A stretch of 64,000 nucleotides of DNA from an uncultured Chthonomonadaceae bacterium (GTDB taxonomy: Bacteria; Armatimonadota; Chthonomonadetes; Chthonomonadales; Chthonomonadaceae), in the NCBI GenBank assembly GCA_963835065.1, contig CAWIEK010000015.1, forward strand, positions 32,001 through 96,000, written 5' to 3'. The notes beneath the pieces were generated by a model. It was not told the DNA's origin, ran no database searches, and worked only from the letters and a program-made list of their open reading frames with translations. Shown here piece after piece: positions 1-9,596 of this stretch (position 1 is the first letter of the stretch; every line of letters starts with the position of its first letter). Position numbers and translations under genes: made by a program.

Positions 1-1057
1 GGACGATCTGGCGAACGGGCGGGTCGGCAGGCGTAACGGCAGGCGTGTCAATCAGCAAAGCCGTTCCCTGCGCCGTTCCCTGTGGCCGGGCAAAGTTATG
101 GCCGTGCCCTTCGATCCACATTTCGGTTGCCCCCGCGGGAAGGCACGATTGGCTGTCGTCCCAGATATAAGGCTTGAGCAGGCCGCGATTCCAGCCGGGA
201 TTCACGGCAAACACAGCGGTATCCGGCTTGCCCGTTTGCGGATCAATCAGGCCGTTGCCGGTTTCAAAAACAAGGGTTCCGCCATCGGGAGCGGGCGCGG
301 TCAGGGCCAATCCGGGCGGGACAGTCCCGCCGGCCACGTCAAGCTGAAGCCAGACGCGGGCGGAAACGGCGGGCGTCGGCTCATAATCCACGAGCCGCGC
401 CAGCCGGACAAGGGAGCGGCGCTGCGTGGCCGTATCCAGCGCGGCTTCCGCCGCAATGCGGTCCTGCGTATAAGAAAGGTCGTCGGCCAGGCTGCTCAAC
501 GCTTCCAGAAACATCACGCCGAAATCGGCTTCGCTGCGCTCACTCCATTCGGGATAGCGCAGGGCGGAAAAATCCGAAAGGGCGCGGCGAAAACTCAGAA
601 AATCTTTGGCGAGATAGTCTATGGGCGGCGCGTCATCGGGCAAAGGAGGGCACGGGCGCGAAACAGGCTCACAGTCCAGGTCGGACGGACAATTCGCTTT
701 GAAGGAAAAGCGCGTGGCGCGGAAAAACGGGTCTATCGCCCCGTTTTTGGCAAGCGTCAGGGTATACAGGGAAAAGTCGCCGGATGCGGGCAGGGTCAGG
801 ACAAGCAGGGGGCGGCCATCGCTGTCGGACTTCCAATTGTTCGCGGCGGTAATCGGCGGCACGGCGACAGTGGCAATGGTTTCGCCGCCCGTGATCGTGG
901 CTTCGGTCGGGTTGCCGGAAAGCGGGACCGTGTTCAAGAAATGGACGCGCAAAATCCGCTCGTCAACGGTATCCACTTCAACGAAATCAATTCCGTTTAA
1001 GGTGGCGTTTGCCGGGTCGAGCAGCGCGTTCAGCCGGTCTTTGGAGGAAACAGCCAT
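1..1057 (-). CDS. eCIS baseplate assembly protein (baseplate J/Afp11-like), 3' truncated by window edge
   Basis: Not in the ORF track because it runs off the edge. Manual translation from ATG 1057 gives MAVSSKDRLNALLDPANATLNGIDFVEV...FSFKANCPSDLDC...IDYLAKDFLSFRRALSDFSALRYPEWSERSEADFGVMFLEALSSLADDLSYTQDRIAAEAALDTATQRRSLVRLARLVDYEP, a typical baseplate-J N-terminal motif. Directly follows gp25. Confidence 0.88.
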   Translation of the reverse strand, partial: MAVSSKDRLNALLDPANATLNGIDFVEVDTVDERILRVHFLNTVPLSGNPTEATITGGETIATVAVPPITAANNWKSDSDGRPLLVLTLPASGDFSLYTLTLAKNGAIDPFFRATRFSFKANCPSDLDCEPVSRPCPPLPDDAPPIDYLAKDFLSFRRALSDFSALRYPEWSERSEADFGVMFLEALSSLADDLSYTQDRIAAEAALDTATQRRSLVRLARLVDYEPTPAVSARVWLQLDVAGGTVPPGLALTAPAPDGGTLVFETGNGLIDPQTGKPDTAVFAVNPGWNRGLLKPYIWDDSQSCLPAGATEMWIEGHGHNFARPQGTAQGTALLIDTPAVTPADPPVRQIV

Positions 1058-1059
1058 AA

Positions 1060-1440
1060 TCAGAGTATCCGCACTTCCATTTGCCGATTGGACAAATCTT
1101 CGATCAGTGTATAAGCGATTAGAATAAGCAGTTGGGCCGGGTCGGGCGAGTCTTCGGGAGCCGTGACCTGAACGCTTTGCACCTGAATCTGACCCGCAAG
1201 CCAGCGATTAAGCGCGGTCTGCACCAGCATCTGCGTGGTCGCCGTAAGCGCGTCGGAATGGGGCGCGAAGATCAACTGCCGCAGGCCGCAGCCGAATTCC
1301 GGCAGGTCGGCGCGCTCGCCCGGCGAGGTGAGCAGAACCTGCCGGATCATCTGTTCGACGTGGGCGGGATAGGCGCTTTGCGCGGCCTGCCCCGAAGCCG
1401 GGTCAATGCGAAACGGAAAAGCGTAATCGTGCCGGTTCAT
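1060..1440 (-). CDS. GPW/gp25 family baseplate wedge/sheath initiator
   Basis: YAFPFRID...HVEQMIRQVLLTSPGERADLPEFGCGLRQLIF motif; RBS AAGGAGG upstream. Confidence 0.93.
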   Translation of the reverse strand: MNRHDYAFPFRIDPASGQAAQSAYPAHVEQMIRQVLLTSPGERADLPEFGCGLRQLIFAPHSDALTATTQMLVQTALNRWLAGQIQVQSVQVTAPEDSPDPAQLLILIAYTLIEDLSNRQMEVRIL

Positions 1441-1608
1441 CGCCTCGCGCCTCCTTGCAAAAAGTTCAGTTAGGGACGCTCAACAAAATAACGTTCCACT
1501 TAGCCGAGTCGTGAATGACCCGTCTACAGGGCGTTCCGCCAACCGGTCTGCGACCGGAACACGCATTTGTTGAAATTTCCTTAACTGCTGTGGTTCCTCA
1601 TCTGCGCC

Positions 1609-1938
1609 TTATAGCCCCGAAACTTTGGGCTGCGTGGACTGAATGAGTACGGTTCCCTGCGGAGCCATATCCGGCCCCAGGCACAGCCCGACGCTCGCTT
1701 CGTTGAGCGTGAAGTCGCTCATGGCCTTGCTTCGCAGTCCTGTCACCACCCACTGCACCTGAACGCAGGGATGTGGCACGAGGCCGATGAGAAACGGGCA
1801 GCCGGCAATCGTGAACGTATCGGAAGGGCGCAGCGCGAAAGCGCCGCCCACTGTCACGCGGGTATTCGATGAAACGGCTTGCACCTGACCGCCGTGCGGA
1901 CACATCATCACGCTGGATACATTGAGTAGGTTTGGCAT
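1609..1938 (-). CDS. PAAR-like (DUF4280-type) spike tip protein
   Basis: MPNLLNVSSVMMCPHGGQV...IAGCPF...PHPCVQVQW...SVGLC Cys/His pattern; start reassigned to ATG 1938 (GGAAGGAG RBS). Confidence 0.82.
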   Translation of the reverse strand: MPNLLNVSSVMMCPHGGQVQAVSSNTRVTVGGAFALRPSDTFTIAGCPFLIGLVPHPCVQVQWVVTGLRSKAMSDFTLNEASVGLCLGPDMAPQGTVLIQSTQPKVSGL

Positions 1939-2029
1939 GCCGTCGTCTCCTTCCACATGTCGCGGGAATGCGCTGCTCACTCAAACACATAATAAATTGG
2001 CCCCAGGAACAAACCGGCGCGTCGAAGGG

Positions 2030-4033
2030 CTACGGCATTGGCGGGTTGTAGAATATGACCAATGCTCTCCGGTCTCGCGGGTTGGGCGGCGTATCGGCGC
2101 CGGTTTCGCCACAAGAAGCGATGCCGGGCCGAATGACATGGCACTCCTCGCGCAATTCGCCTTCGGGCGGTGTCGTCAGGCGACTCGCGTCCACTCCCAA
2201 CTGGCTGGCAAGCCATTCGGCGCGGCGCTGCCCCAGCGCGTAATTGTAAGCCGGGTCGCCTTCTTCGGAGCAACTGCCGATGAGCAGCAGGCGCAGGGCC
2301 GGGTTGTCGCGCAGCGTTTGCGCCAGCGCCGGGAGATTGGCGCGGCCCGCGTCGGTGAGAACGCTCAGGTCAGCGCCCGTCTCGCCGGGACGCGGGTGAT
2401 CCAGCCGGAAGAAGATTTCGACGGACGCGGGCAGCGACGGCGCTGCCGCCGGTGTTGGCGGCTGTGGCTGCGGCGTGTCCGTTGGCGGGGTATTGACCGG
2501 CGGCTGCGGCGTGTTGGTCGGTGGCTGTGGCTGCGGCGTCGGTGGTTCCGGCTCCGGTAATCGGGGCGCAGTGGGCGCGGTTCGTTCCGGTGACGGCGCT
2601 GCGCGCGGAAAATAAGACCACGGGAGTATCACCGCGATGCCGACGTTAAACGCGAAAAATGAGCTGCCCTGTACTGACGGGTCGCCGGGCAAGGGCTGAG
2701 ACGGAACCGCTATGCTGTAGCCCAATGTCGTCGAAGCGACGCCTTGCAAAAGGTTGGGAATGATGTCTACGGCAGCCTGCGGGCCGATCTGCCCGCTGAT
2801 GCCCCACCCCTGCAGGCCGGGAATGTCGCTCACATTATACGCGCCGCCGAGCTGGGCAAAAGCGGATACCTGAAACGATCTGTGCCCCCCTATATCTACG
2901 GAAAAGATAATCCAGGCGGGCTGAATATAAGCCTGGTAGTTATAACCTGTCAGCGTACGCGGGCTTCCAGTTCCCATCAGTCCTGTTGTCGGACGATCCG
3001 ATAACGCGAAGGCGCCGCCAAACTGGGCAAATCCTCCTAAATCAAATCCCAGGTTCCACCCTTGCCCGCCGGGATTGCGCCGCCAGCTATGCACCACGCC
3101 CGCCGCGACGTTGGGCTGATAGCCTTGATCGAAATATGTGCTGCGCGGCACACCTCTCGCGCCCGGCACGGTGGAATTCAGCAGTGGAAGCTGAAAGTTC
3201 AGCGGGCTGATAGGTATCTGAACGACCGTGAGGGGCGTCGGAGGATCGGGATCGTTCTGCGCGGGCGGTGTGGCAGGCGGGTCCTGGCGCTGAAGGATCG
3301 CGGCGCTATTGCCTGTCGGCAAGGCAACGCTTTCCTGATTAGTGGCGAAAGCCTGCTGCGCGGCGCTGTCTGCCTGTCTTTCTTCCGGTGAATCCGAGGC
3401 TCCAAGCCGGATACCGTTGGCGGGCGGAAGGCCACTGCCTTTCTGCTGAACGGTATGGGTGAGTTCATGCGCAAGCAGGCGCTTACCATCCGCCGTTTGC
3501 GGCTGGTACTGTCCGGCGTCGAAAGCGATTTGATTGCCAACTGTGTAAGCCATCGCATTAACGGCGCGGGCTGATTGCGCCGCCTTTGCGTCGGTGTGAA
3601 CGCGGACATGGCTGAAATCCTGTCCGAAACGCGGCTCCATAAAGGCGCGGGTGTCGGCGTTGAGCGGCTGGCCGGACGAGCGCAGCACGTCGTGGACAAG
3701 CGCGGGCGCAACAGAAGGTTCCGCCAGAGCGCCAACCGCGCGGCGCTGCAAAGTGTTTCCCTGCTTTTCCTGACACCCCGAACACGTCCCACTCGCGCTC
3801 GCTGAACCGCCGCAGGCGCACTTGCGCTGCAAAACCGGCGCTTGGCTCGGACGCAACGGCAAAGGCGCAACGCTGTTATATCTTTGCCGTCCAGCATGGT
3901 TGCCTGATGCGGGCCGCTGCGCGACGCGCGGCGATGTTTCGCGGACAGGCACATAAGCGGGCGCAACGCTGGTGTTGTTGGCATTGGTCGCGCTTTCTCT
4001 CGTTGTGTTTTCGGTTGTTGGGGCGTGAAGCAT
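2030..4033 (-). CDS. DUF4157 (eCIS core domain) protein fused to putative beta-barrel, Pro-rich linker and OmpA-like C-terminal domain
   Basis: LQRKCACGG...CSGC; GQPLNADTRAFMEPRFGQDFSHVRVHTD...AMAYTVGNQIAF...LLAHELTHTVQQ (DUF4157); C-terminal LLIGSCSEEGDPAYNYALGQRRAE...GET...PRDRRALV (OmpA_C-like). Confidence 0.85.
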   Translation of the reverse strand: MLHAPTTENTTRESATNANNTSVAPAYVPVRETSPRVAQRPASGNHAGRQRYNSVAPLPLRPSQAPVLQRKCACGGSASASGTCSGCQEKQGNTLQRRAVGALAEPSVAPALVHDVLRSSGQPLNADTRAFMEPRFGQDFSHVRVHTDAKAAQSARAVNAMAYTVGNQIAFDAGQYQPQTADGKRLLAHELTHTVQQKGSGLPPANGIRLGASDSPEERQADSAAQQAFATNQESVALPTGNSAAILQRQDPPATPPAQNDPDPPTPLTVVQIPISPLNFQLPLLNSTVPGARGVPRSTYFDQGYQPNVAAGVVHSWRRNPGGQGWNLGFDLGGFAQFGGAFALSDRPTTGLMGTGSPRTLTGYNYQAYIQPAWIIFSVDIGGHRSFQVSAFAQLGGAYNVSDIPGLQGWGISGQIGPQAAVDIIPNLLQGVASTTLGYSIAVPSQPLPGDPSVQGSSFFAFNVGIAVILPWSYFPRAAPSPERTAPTAPRLPEPEPPTPQPQPPTNTPQPPVNTPPTDTPQPQPPTPAAAPSLPASVEIFFRLDHPRPGETGADLSVLTDAGRANLPALAQTLRDNPALRLLLIGSCSEEGDPAYNYALGQRRAEWLASQLGVDASRLTTPPEGELREECHVIRPGIASCGETGADTPPNPRDRRALVIFYNPPMP

Positions 4034-4036
4034 GTC

Positions 4037-4546
4037 CTACATCACCTCTAATGCGCCGCTGTTGACGCTGACCGAACTGTCGCTGATGACTACCTGTTGA
4101 ATGCCCCGCGACAGCGTGATTCCCGACGAATCAAGCAGGATTTTGTTTTCGTTGCTGTCCGTAATGGTGATCGTGCCGCCGTCATCGTCCAGCAGAATCT
4201 TGTTGCCATTCGCGGTGACGATGGTTTTCACTTTCGGGGCCGCGTCGTCCGGCTTTTCATCCGTTCGCCAGTAGCAGCCCGACCAGATGGGGTACGAAAC
4301 GTCGCCGCCTTCGAATTCGATCCAGACGCCCGCGCCTTCTTCGGGCAGAAACGCGAAGCCGACTTTGTCGCCCGCATACGGCACACAGGGCGTACACCAG
4401 CCGGTCGCCTGCGTTCCCAGCACGGCGGGAACCTTCGCTTTAATGCGCAGCGTGTCGGCGTCCACATCCGTTACCGTGCCGCGATATTTGCCGTAAAAGC
4501 GGCTGCGCACCCGTTCCAGAATTTCCAGTATCGCCTGCTCGTTCAT
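4037..4546 (-). CDS. Spike protein, gp5/gpV OB-fold plus short beta-helix (C-terminal half of split VgrG)
   Basis: RFYGKYRGTVTDVD...RIKAKVPAVLG...WCTPCVPYAG...FLPEEGAGVWIEFEGGDVSYPIWSG; start ATG 4546 (GGGAGG RBS). Confidence 0.9.
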   Translation of the reverse strand: MNEQAILEILERVRSRFYGKYRGTVTDVDADTLRIKAKVPAVLGTQATGWCTPCVPYAGDKVGFAFLPEEGAGVWIEFEGGDVSYPIWSGCYWRTDEKPDDAAPKVKTIVTANGNKILLDDDGGTITITDSNENKILLDSSGITLSRGIQQVVISDSSVSVNSGALEVM

Positions 4547-4550
4547 GGTT

Positions 4551-5690
4551 TTACAGCAGCCCTCCCAACGCGCCGAGCAGCCCGCCCCCGCCTGAAGGCG
4601 CGGCTCCGACCGCATTGCGAACCAGCGTGAAGCGCATCTTGTGCGTATCCGTCGTGATCGTGTGGCGAACGCTCCAGACGTAGTATTTGCCCGAATGGAC
4701 GCTCCCGATGCCGACAACCGCGACGATCTGCCCCACTCGTAAAACCGCGCCCAGCCGCCCGACTTCCGCCTCGCCTTCGCAGCGCGCGAACCATTCGGAT
4801 TCGCGGAGCAGGGCGCGGGCGCGCATCGCCAGTTCGCCGCCGTCGCTCACCGGAGCCGTCAGCAGAGCCGTCATGGTCTTGCCGGAAAACGCGGCCAGGT
4901 CGCGGTCGCCGAGCGCGGTAAGCCCCGATGCGCTGGCGTCGCCGCTCGCCCCGTCCGCGTCGGAACTGTTGAACAGCGCCTGCCGCGCCTGCACTGCGGT
5001 GGGCCGGGTTACGTCCCAGGCAATGTCGAGAGCCTTTACGGTCCACAGTTCGGGATCGTTGAGCGTCAGCGTCACGGCTGCATCGCCGTCCAGTTTGGGG
5101 GCGGCGAAATAGCCGATGCGCTGTCCGGGCTTTTGATCGCAAGTCACGCGGCACAGTTTGCCGGTACGCCGCGCCAACCCGCGCAAAAACTGAATATCCG
5201 ATGCCCGCTGCATCAGCGTCTGCCCCGACTCGGTATGCGCGGACGAGTCCTCATCGCGGTTTTCGGGCGCGGGCGAAATGCCGTAATTGCCAAAAATCGC
5301 GGCGGCGGCATCGGCGTCAGTCACATCCACCCACTCCTTCGCCTTTTCCTCCAGATTCATCAGCCAGGAAGCGTCCTGCCCCCAGACTTCCAGCGTGGAA
5401 TTGGTGACGCCCGTTTCAAGATGCAGTTTGTGCGACAAAACGTAGCCGTCGAACAGGCAGGCGTCCGGCCCACCCTCCGGGGAAGCGACGACCGCGAGAT
5501 TGGCGAACGGCTGCAAGCCGCTGTCATTGACGAACGTTAAATCGCCCTGATCGCTGCGGTCAACGGACAAGGAAAGCTGGATCGCGCCGGGCAAATCGGC
5601 GTTTTCCTCGACTTCCAGCGTTTTCAGCGCGGCCTGAAGCGTGGCGTCCGCAGGCGTACCGTTGAGCAGCAACTGATAGGCGCTTGCCAT
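4551..5690 (-). CDS. Baseplate hub / phage late control D (gp27-like, N-terminal half of split VgrG)
   Basis: LFDGYVLSH...LEVWGQDASWLM...QRASDIQFLRGLARR...VLRVGQIVAVVGIGSVHSGKYYVWSVRHTI. Confidence 0.87.
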   Translation of the reverse strand: MASAYQLLLNGTPADATLQAALKTLEVEENADLPGAIQLSLSVDRSDQGDLTFVNDSGLQPFANLAVVASPEGGPDACLFDGYVLSHKLHLETGVTNSTLEVWGQDASWLMNLEEKAKEWVDVTDADAAAAIFGNYGISPAPENRDEDSSAHTESGQTLMQRASDIQFLRGLARRTGKLCRVTCDQKPGQRIGYFAAPKLDGDAAVTLTLNDPELWTVKALDIAWDVTRPTAVQARQALFNSSDADGASGDASASGLTALGDRDLAAFSGKTMTALLTAPVSDGGELAMRARALLRESEWFARCEGEAEVGRLGAVLRVGQIVAVVGIGSVHSGKYYVWSVRHTITTDTHKMRFTLVRNAVGAAPSGGGGLLGALGGLL

Positions 5691-5708
5691 GCTTCCATCA
5701 TCCTTTGC

Positions 5709-5861
5709 TAACTATTCACCACCAAGACGCTAAGAACACCAAGTAAAGCTGGCAATAGGAACGAATCCAGAACGCGCGAATCTTTCAATAGCTCCTGCAT
5801 TTTATAACGGCCTTCTTCTCGTTCTTCTTGGTGTTCTTGGCGTCTTGGTGGTGAATAGTTA
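5709..5861. repeat. Palindromic REP/MITE-like element (CACCACCAAGAC family), copy 1
   Basis: Terminal inverted arms taactattcaccaccaagacgctaagaacaccaag / cttggtgttcttggcgtcttggtggtgaatagtta. Confidence 0.85.
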
Positions 5862-5870
5862 CGTCCTTTA

Positions 5871-6146
5871 CTAGCTGTCTTTGACGGGAATCCCGATCAG
5901 GTCGCGGGTTTGCAGCGCGTCGGGCGATACGGCGTCGTTGGCGTCGCAAAGCTGCCAGAACGCGGTCGCGTCCTGCAAATAATAGGACGCGATCAGGTCA
6001 AGCCGCTGCTCTTCCAGCCGCCGGTGATAGCCGAGCAGCGTTCGCGGCGCGGGCGTCGGGATTTTGATCGCCGTGACGCTGGTTCCATCCGCGCGAACAA
6101 CGGTCACGGTGTCGGCTTTCGCATAGCGGCTTCCAGGAAAAAACAT
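5871..6146 (-). CDS. Small LysM-like baseplate protein (tail protein X-like)
   Basis: MFFPGSRY...EQRLDLIASYYLQDATAFWQLCDAN...LIGIP; true start ATG 6146 with GGAAAGGA RBS. The longer ORF call reads through a repeat. Confidence 0.85.
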   Translation of the reverse strand: MFFPGSRYAKADTVTVVRADGTSVTAIKIPTPAPRTLLGYHRRLEEQRLDLIASYYLQDATAFWQLCDANDAVSPDALQTRDLIGIPVKDS

Positions 6147-6161
6147 AGATTTCCTTTCCGA

Positions 6162-6316
6162 GTAACTATTCACCACCAAGACGCCAAGAACACCAAGTAA
6201 TGCAGGTAATACCACCAGAGCAGAACGCGTTAAGCCTTCCATATCTTCTGCAATTTTACAATGTCCTTCTTTTCGTTCTTCTTGGTGTTCTTGGCGTCTT
6301 GGTGGTGAATAGTTAC
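6162..6316. repeat. Palindromic REP/MITE-like element, copy 2
   Basis: Same inverted arms as 5709-5861, with a homologous interior. Confidence 0.85.
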
Positions 6317-6331
6317 CTTTCCGAATACCTT

Positions 6332-7051
6332 TCATCCCAGTGGCAGCATCCCGATGATCGAATCCGTCGCGTTGGCGAGGTTGGCGAGGGCAAGCGCCTG
6401 CCGCAGCCCCTGCGAATAAACAGACGCGCCCTTTGCCACTACCGCCAGCGGACCGGTGACGTTGGCGAGTTCTTCGGCGGTCAGAACGCTCAAGCCGATC
6501 TGGGCATCGGCGTGGATCGGGTTGAGTGCCGCATCGTACAATCTTTCCGTGATCGTCAGCGAAGTCACGCGCACCGGCACGATACGCCCCGGCCCCCACA
6601 CGAACAGCACGGTCGGAAGCTGCAGTTGGGGAACCTGCGTTTTTGGCTTCGTTCCGCCCGCCGCCCCGCCCACCGAAATCCCCCCCGCGCCTACCGAAAC
6701 CGATGCCGACGCCAGCAGGCTGCCCGCGCCGGGGGAAGCCGCAACGGGATACAGCAGCATTTCCAGCGCGGCCAGCCGGGAGTAAACGCCGGAAACCTGC
6801 GCAATCTGCGCCGTAACCGGGTGATTATCCGCAATGGTATCACCCGCGTCCATTGCCAGCGAAAAAGAAAATGCTTCGCCCGGAGCGCCCTTAACCGCGA
6901 GCGGATTGGATTGGAGACCCTGCGACTGCGCCGAAGTCCAGGTATGCGTCATCGTTTCCGGGTTGAATTGGAACAGAATCACGTTGGGCAGTGGAATCAG
7001 AAACGTGGGCATAAATTCCACGAGCGCGCCCCGAAGATATTTGCCGGCCAT
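6332..7051 (-). CDS. CIS tube-initiator-like protein (Afp7/Pvc7 N-terminal-like, lacking LysM)
   Basis: ILFQFNPETMTH...PTVLFVWGPGRIVPVRVTSLTITERLYDAALNPIHADAQIGL. Confidence 0.8.
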   Translation of the reverse strand: MAGKYLRGALVEFMPTFLIPLPNVILFQFNPETMTHTWTSAQSQGLQSNPLAVKGAPGEAFSFSLAMDAGDTIADNHPVTAQIAQVSGVYSRLAALEMLLYPVAASPGAGSLLASASVSVGAGGISVGGAAGGTKPKTQVPQLQLPTVLFVWGPGRIVPVRVTSLTITERLYDAALNPIHADAQIGLSVLTAEELANVTGPLAVVAKGASVYSQGLRQALALANLANATDSIIGMLPLG

Positions 7052-7128
7052 GCCGCGAACCTCCTTTCCGCTATCATTTCTCCCTGCGCCTGTTTCTCTA
7101 AGTTTTGCCGAAAAACAACAGGGTGCGT

Positions 7129-7365
7129 TTACACTTCGCGGGCTAACTGCCGCACAAGGTCAGCGACGATTTGTTCCGCAAGGCGCTCCACGCTGCCGCC
7201 GGGAGTGGCCGTTGCCGCAACCGAAAGCGTGTCAAGATAGCGGGAGGCCGCCACATCCGGCGCGTCGGCCAGTCCCTGCGCCACCAGCGTCGCCAACCGC
7301 TTGCCGTCGCTTTCCGAAATCCCGGTCAAGTTCAGCGCCAGCCGATTGATTGTAACCGCCGCCAT
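7129..7365 (-). CDS. Small eCIS-associated hypothetical protein
   Basis: 78 aa, GGGGAG RBS, in operon; VTINRLALNL...LAEQIVADL pattern. Confidence 0.65.
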   Translation of the reverse strand: MAAVTINRLALNLTGISESDGKRLATLVAQGLADAPDVAASRYLDTLSVAATATPGGSVERLAEQIVADLVRQLAREV

Positions 7366-7456
7366 GTTTCCGCTCCCCTGTATTGAACATCTTTCACAGT
7401 TCCTCGCTAAGTTCGGTCAGGCAGGCTCATCAAAGAACTTATGAAAAAAGTTTCTT

Positions 7457-9596
7457 TCAGCTTTCCCACTCGCCGGGGCGCGCGACAATGCCATGTTTTG
7501 CCAGTTCGCGCCGACAGGCCGCAAGCAGATGCCGCATTTCGATTTTCGCGCCTTCGGAATGGGCCAGAAACGCCGCGCTCAACGCCGCGTTTTTGATGTC
7601 CGCGCCGGTCATCGTCAGGCGGTCCGCCAGCCATTGCCGATCCAGATTTCCCAGCAGCGCGGTTCCGTCCGGGGCGTGTTCCGGCAGCGCGCGCCGCCAC
7701 AATTCCAGCCGTTCCCCCGGCCCGGGCGGCAGGAAATCCAGCACAAACCGCAGTCGGCGCAGAAAGGCGCTGTCAATATCCGCCTTCCGGTTTGTGGCGA
7801 GAATGGCGATCCCGTCGTACTGCTCCAGGCGCTGCAGCAGGTAGTTGATTTCGATATTGGCAAACCGGTCGTGCGCGTCCTTGACCTGAGTGCGCTGCCC
7901 GAACAGCGCGTCGGCCTCGTCGAAGAACAGCAGCGCGTTGGCCCGCTCGCAGCCGTCGAAAACCTGCTTCAGCCGTTTTTCGGTTTCGCCGATGTACTTG
8001 TTCATCACTTCCGACAGGTCAATCCGAAACAGTTCCAGATCGAGGGCGCGGGCCAGCACCTGCGCGGCCATCGTTTTGCCCGTCCCGCTCGGCCCCGCGA
8101 ACAGCGCGCTGATGCCGCGTCCCAGGGGTGTCAATTTCCCCAATCCCCACTCGTCATACACCAGCATCGCGCAAACGCGCCTGCGCCGCAAACTCGCTCA
8201 AATGCTTTCGGATGCCCGGCGGCAGCACCAGGTCGTCCCACGTGTACGGGCAGGGCAGGGGCGCGAGCAGGTCGCCCGCCATTTGCGAAACCTGCTGGCG
8301 GCATACCGCGAGTATCGCGTCCCGGCCTGCCGGGGCTGCCTGCGCCGCCAGGCTGATTTCCTGCGGCGTCAGCGTCCATTCGGCGACGGGCGCGGGCAGG
8401 GGCGCGTCGGTCAGCCGGCTCCACAGGGATAGGCGTTGCGGGCGGGTCAGGCGCGGCAGCCGAAACGCGCGGCGCATCGTTCCCGCGCCCGGCCTCGCCG
8501 AAAGCGGCGCGGTTCCCAGGTAAAAGGTCAGGTTTTCGGCTTCGGGCAGGCTTTGCCGGCAGGCGGGCTGCGCCTGCTCCGCGTCGCGCCAGCACAGCAA
8601 TCCGGGATGCAGCTTCGCCGCCCGAATCGCCCGCAGCAGATTTCCCTTTGCCTGCCCGATGGCAACGTCCGGGCCGAGCAGAATGGCCGCATCCCCAACC
8701 AGCAACGCGCTATGAAGACAGTCCGCAATCTGCGCCGCAAGCGTTTCCCGCCCCGCTCCCATCGGCCCGATCAGTTCGATTTCGATGGGCGCGGACGTTT
8801 GCCGCCGGACGCCCTGCACGAACTGTACAACCGCGTCGCGCAGTTCCGGGTAAAAACATTCGGCCTCCTGCGCGTCCCGTCTGGCTTCGCGGAGTCCCGC
8901 AGAGCCGATTTCCCCTCCGCGCCCATTGCGGCCTGTCAGGAACAGGATCAATGCCGGGTCGGGAATCCAGGGCGCGGTTTGCGACCATGCCAACGCTCCC
9001 GCTTCCAGCGGTGTCGCCAACATCCAGCGAACTAACGCCGATTCCGGCCCGATACGCGCCCCCTCCGGCCACTCGAATAACGCCGACGCCAGCCAGGGCG
9101 AGGGCCAGCAGGCCGCCACATCATCGTTCAGATAGCCATAGGCGCGGCGCAGGGGCGGCGCGATTTCCGCCGCGACAGCCAGCAGCAGCAACTCACCCTC
9201 CTGCGGCGATAGCCCGCAAACCTCTTGGAGCCGCGCCCAGGCCGCGTCCTGCGCCAGCCGCGCTTCGGCGCGTTCGATGTCCCGGCTCACGTTTTGCGCT
9301 TCCGGGTCCTGCTCGTAAAACGCGGCTTCCATCGCGGCCTGAATTTCGGGCGCGGCCAGCAGGCGATCCACCTCGCTGTGCGGTATCGCCATGCCCTGTT
9401 CGCCTTCGACCTGTCCGTTCGCCCACTGCGCGCGCAGCCACAAAACGCGCTTCCAGACGCGCAGACGCGCCACTTCTATCAGGGGCGACTCCGATCCCAC
9501 ACCCTGCGTTTCGCTTCCGCAGTCAGGCGGCATAGCATTTGCGAAAACAGCGTTTGCTATGATAGCGTTTGCCATGTTTACGGAATCCTGACCCAC
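7457..9596 (-). CDS. eCIS AAA+ ATPase (Afp15/Pvc15-like), split by a 1-nt frameshift near 8165
   Basis: ORF 8154-9596 ends TWDDLVLPP...FAAQARLR and ORF 7457-8191 continues VYDEWG...ALFAGPSGTGKTMAAQVLA...LLFFDEADALFG...DRFANIEINYLLQRLE. Confidence 0.9.

Noticed and set aside
98..1000. 300-aa plus-strand ORF and other long antisense ORFs (for example 17264-18895, 26811-28193, 12015-13244)
   Set aside because: Shadow ORFs opposite recognisable genes in high-GC DNA, with no family motifs
5709..6316. CRISPR array
   Set aside because: The repeats are inverted arm pairs with homologous interiors, not regular direct repeats with unique spacers; no cas genes
6147..6599. N-terminal extension of the 242-aa ORF 5871-6599
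   Set aside because: It reads through a repeat and overlaps the upstream gene; there is a good RBS at ATG 6146
8154..8191. Programmed frameshift in the eCIS ATPase
   Set aside because: No slippery heptamer; similar indels occur in housekeeping genes across the window
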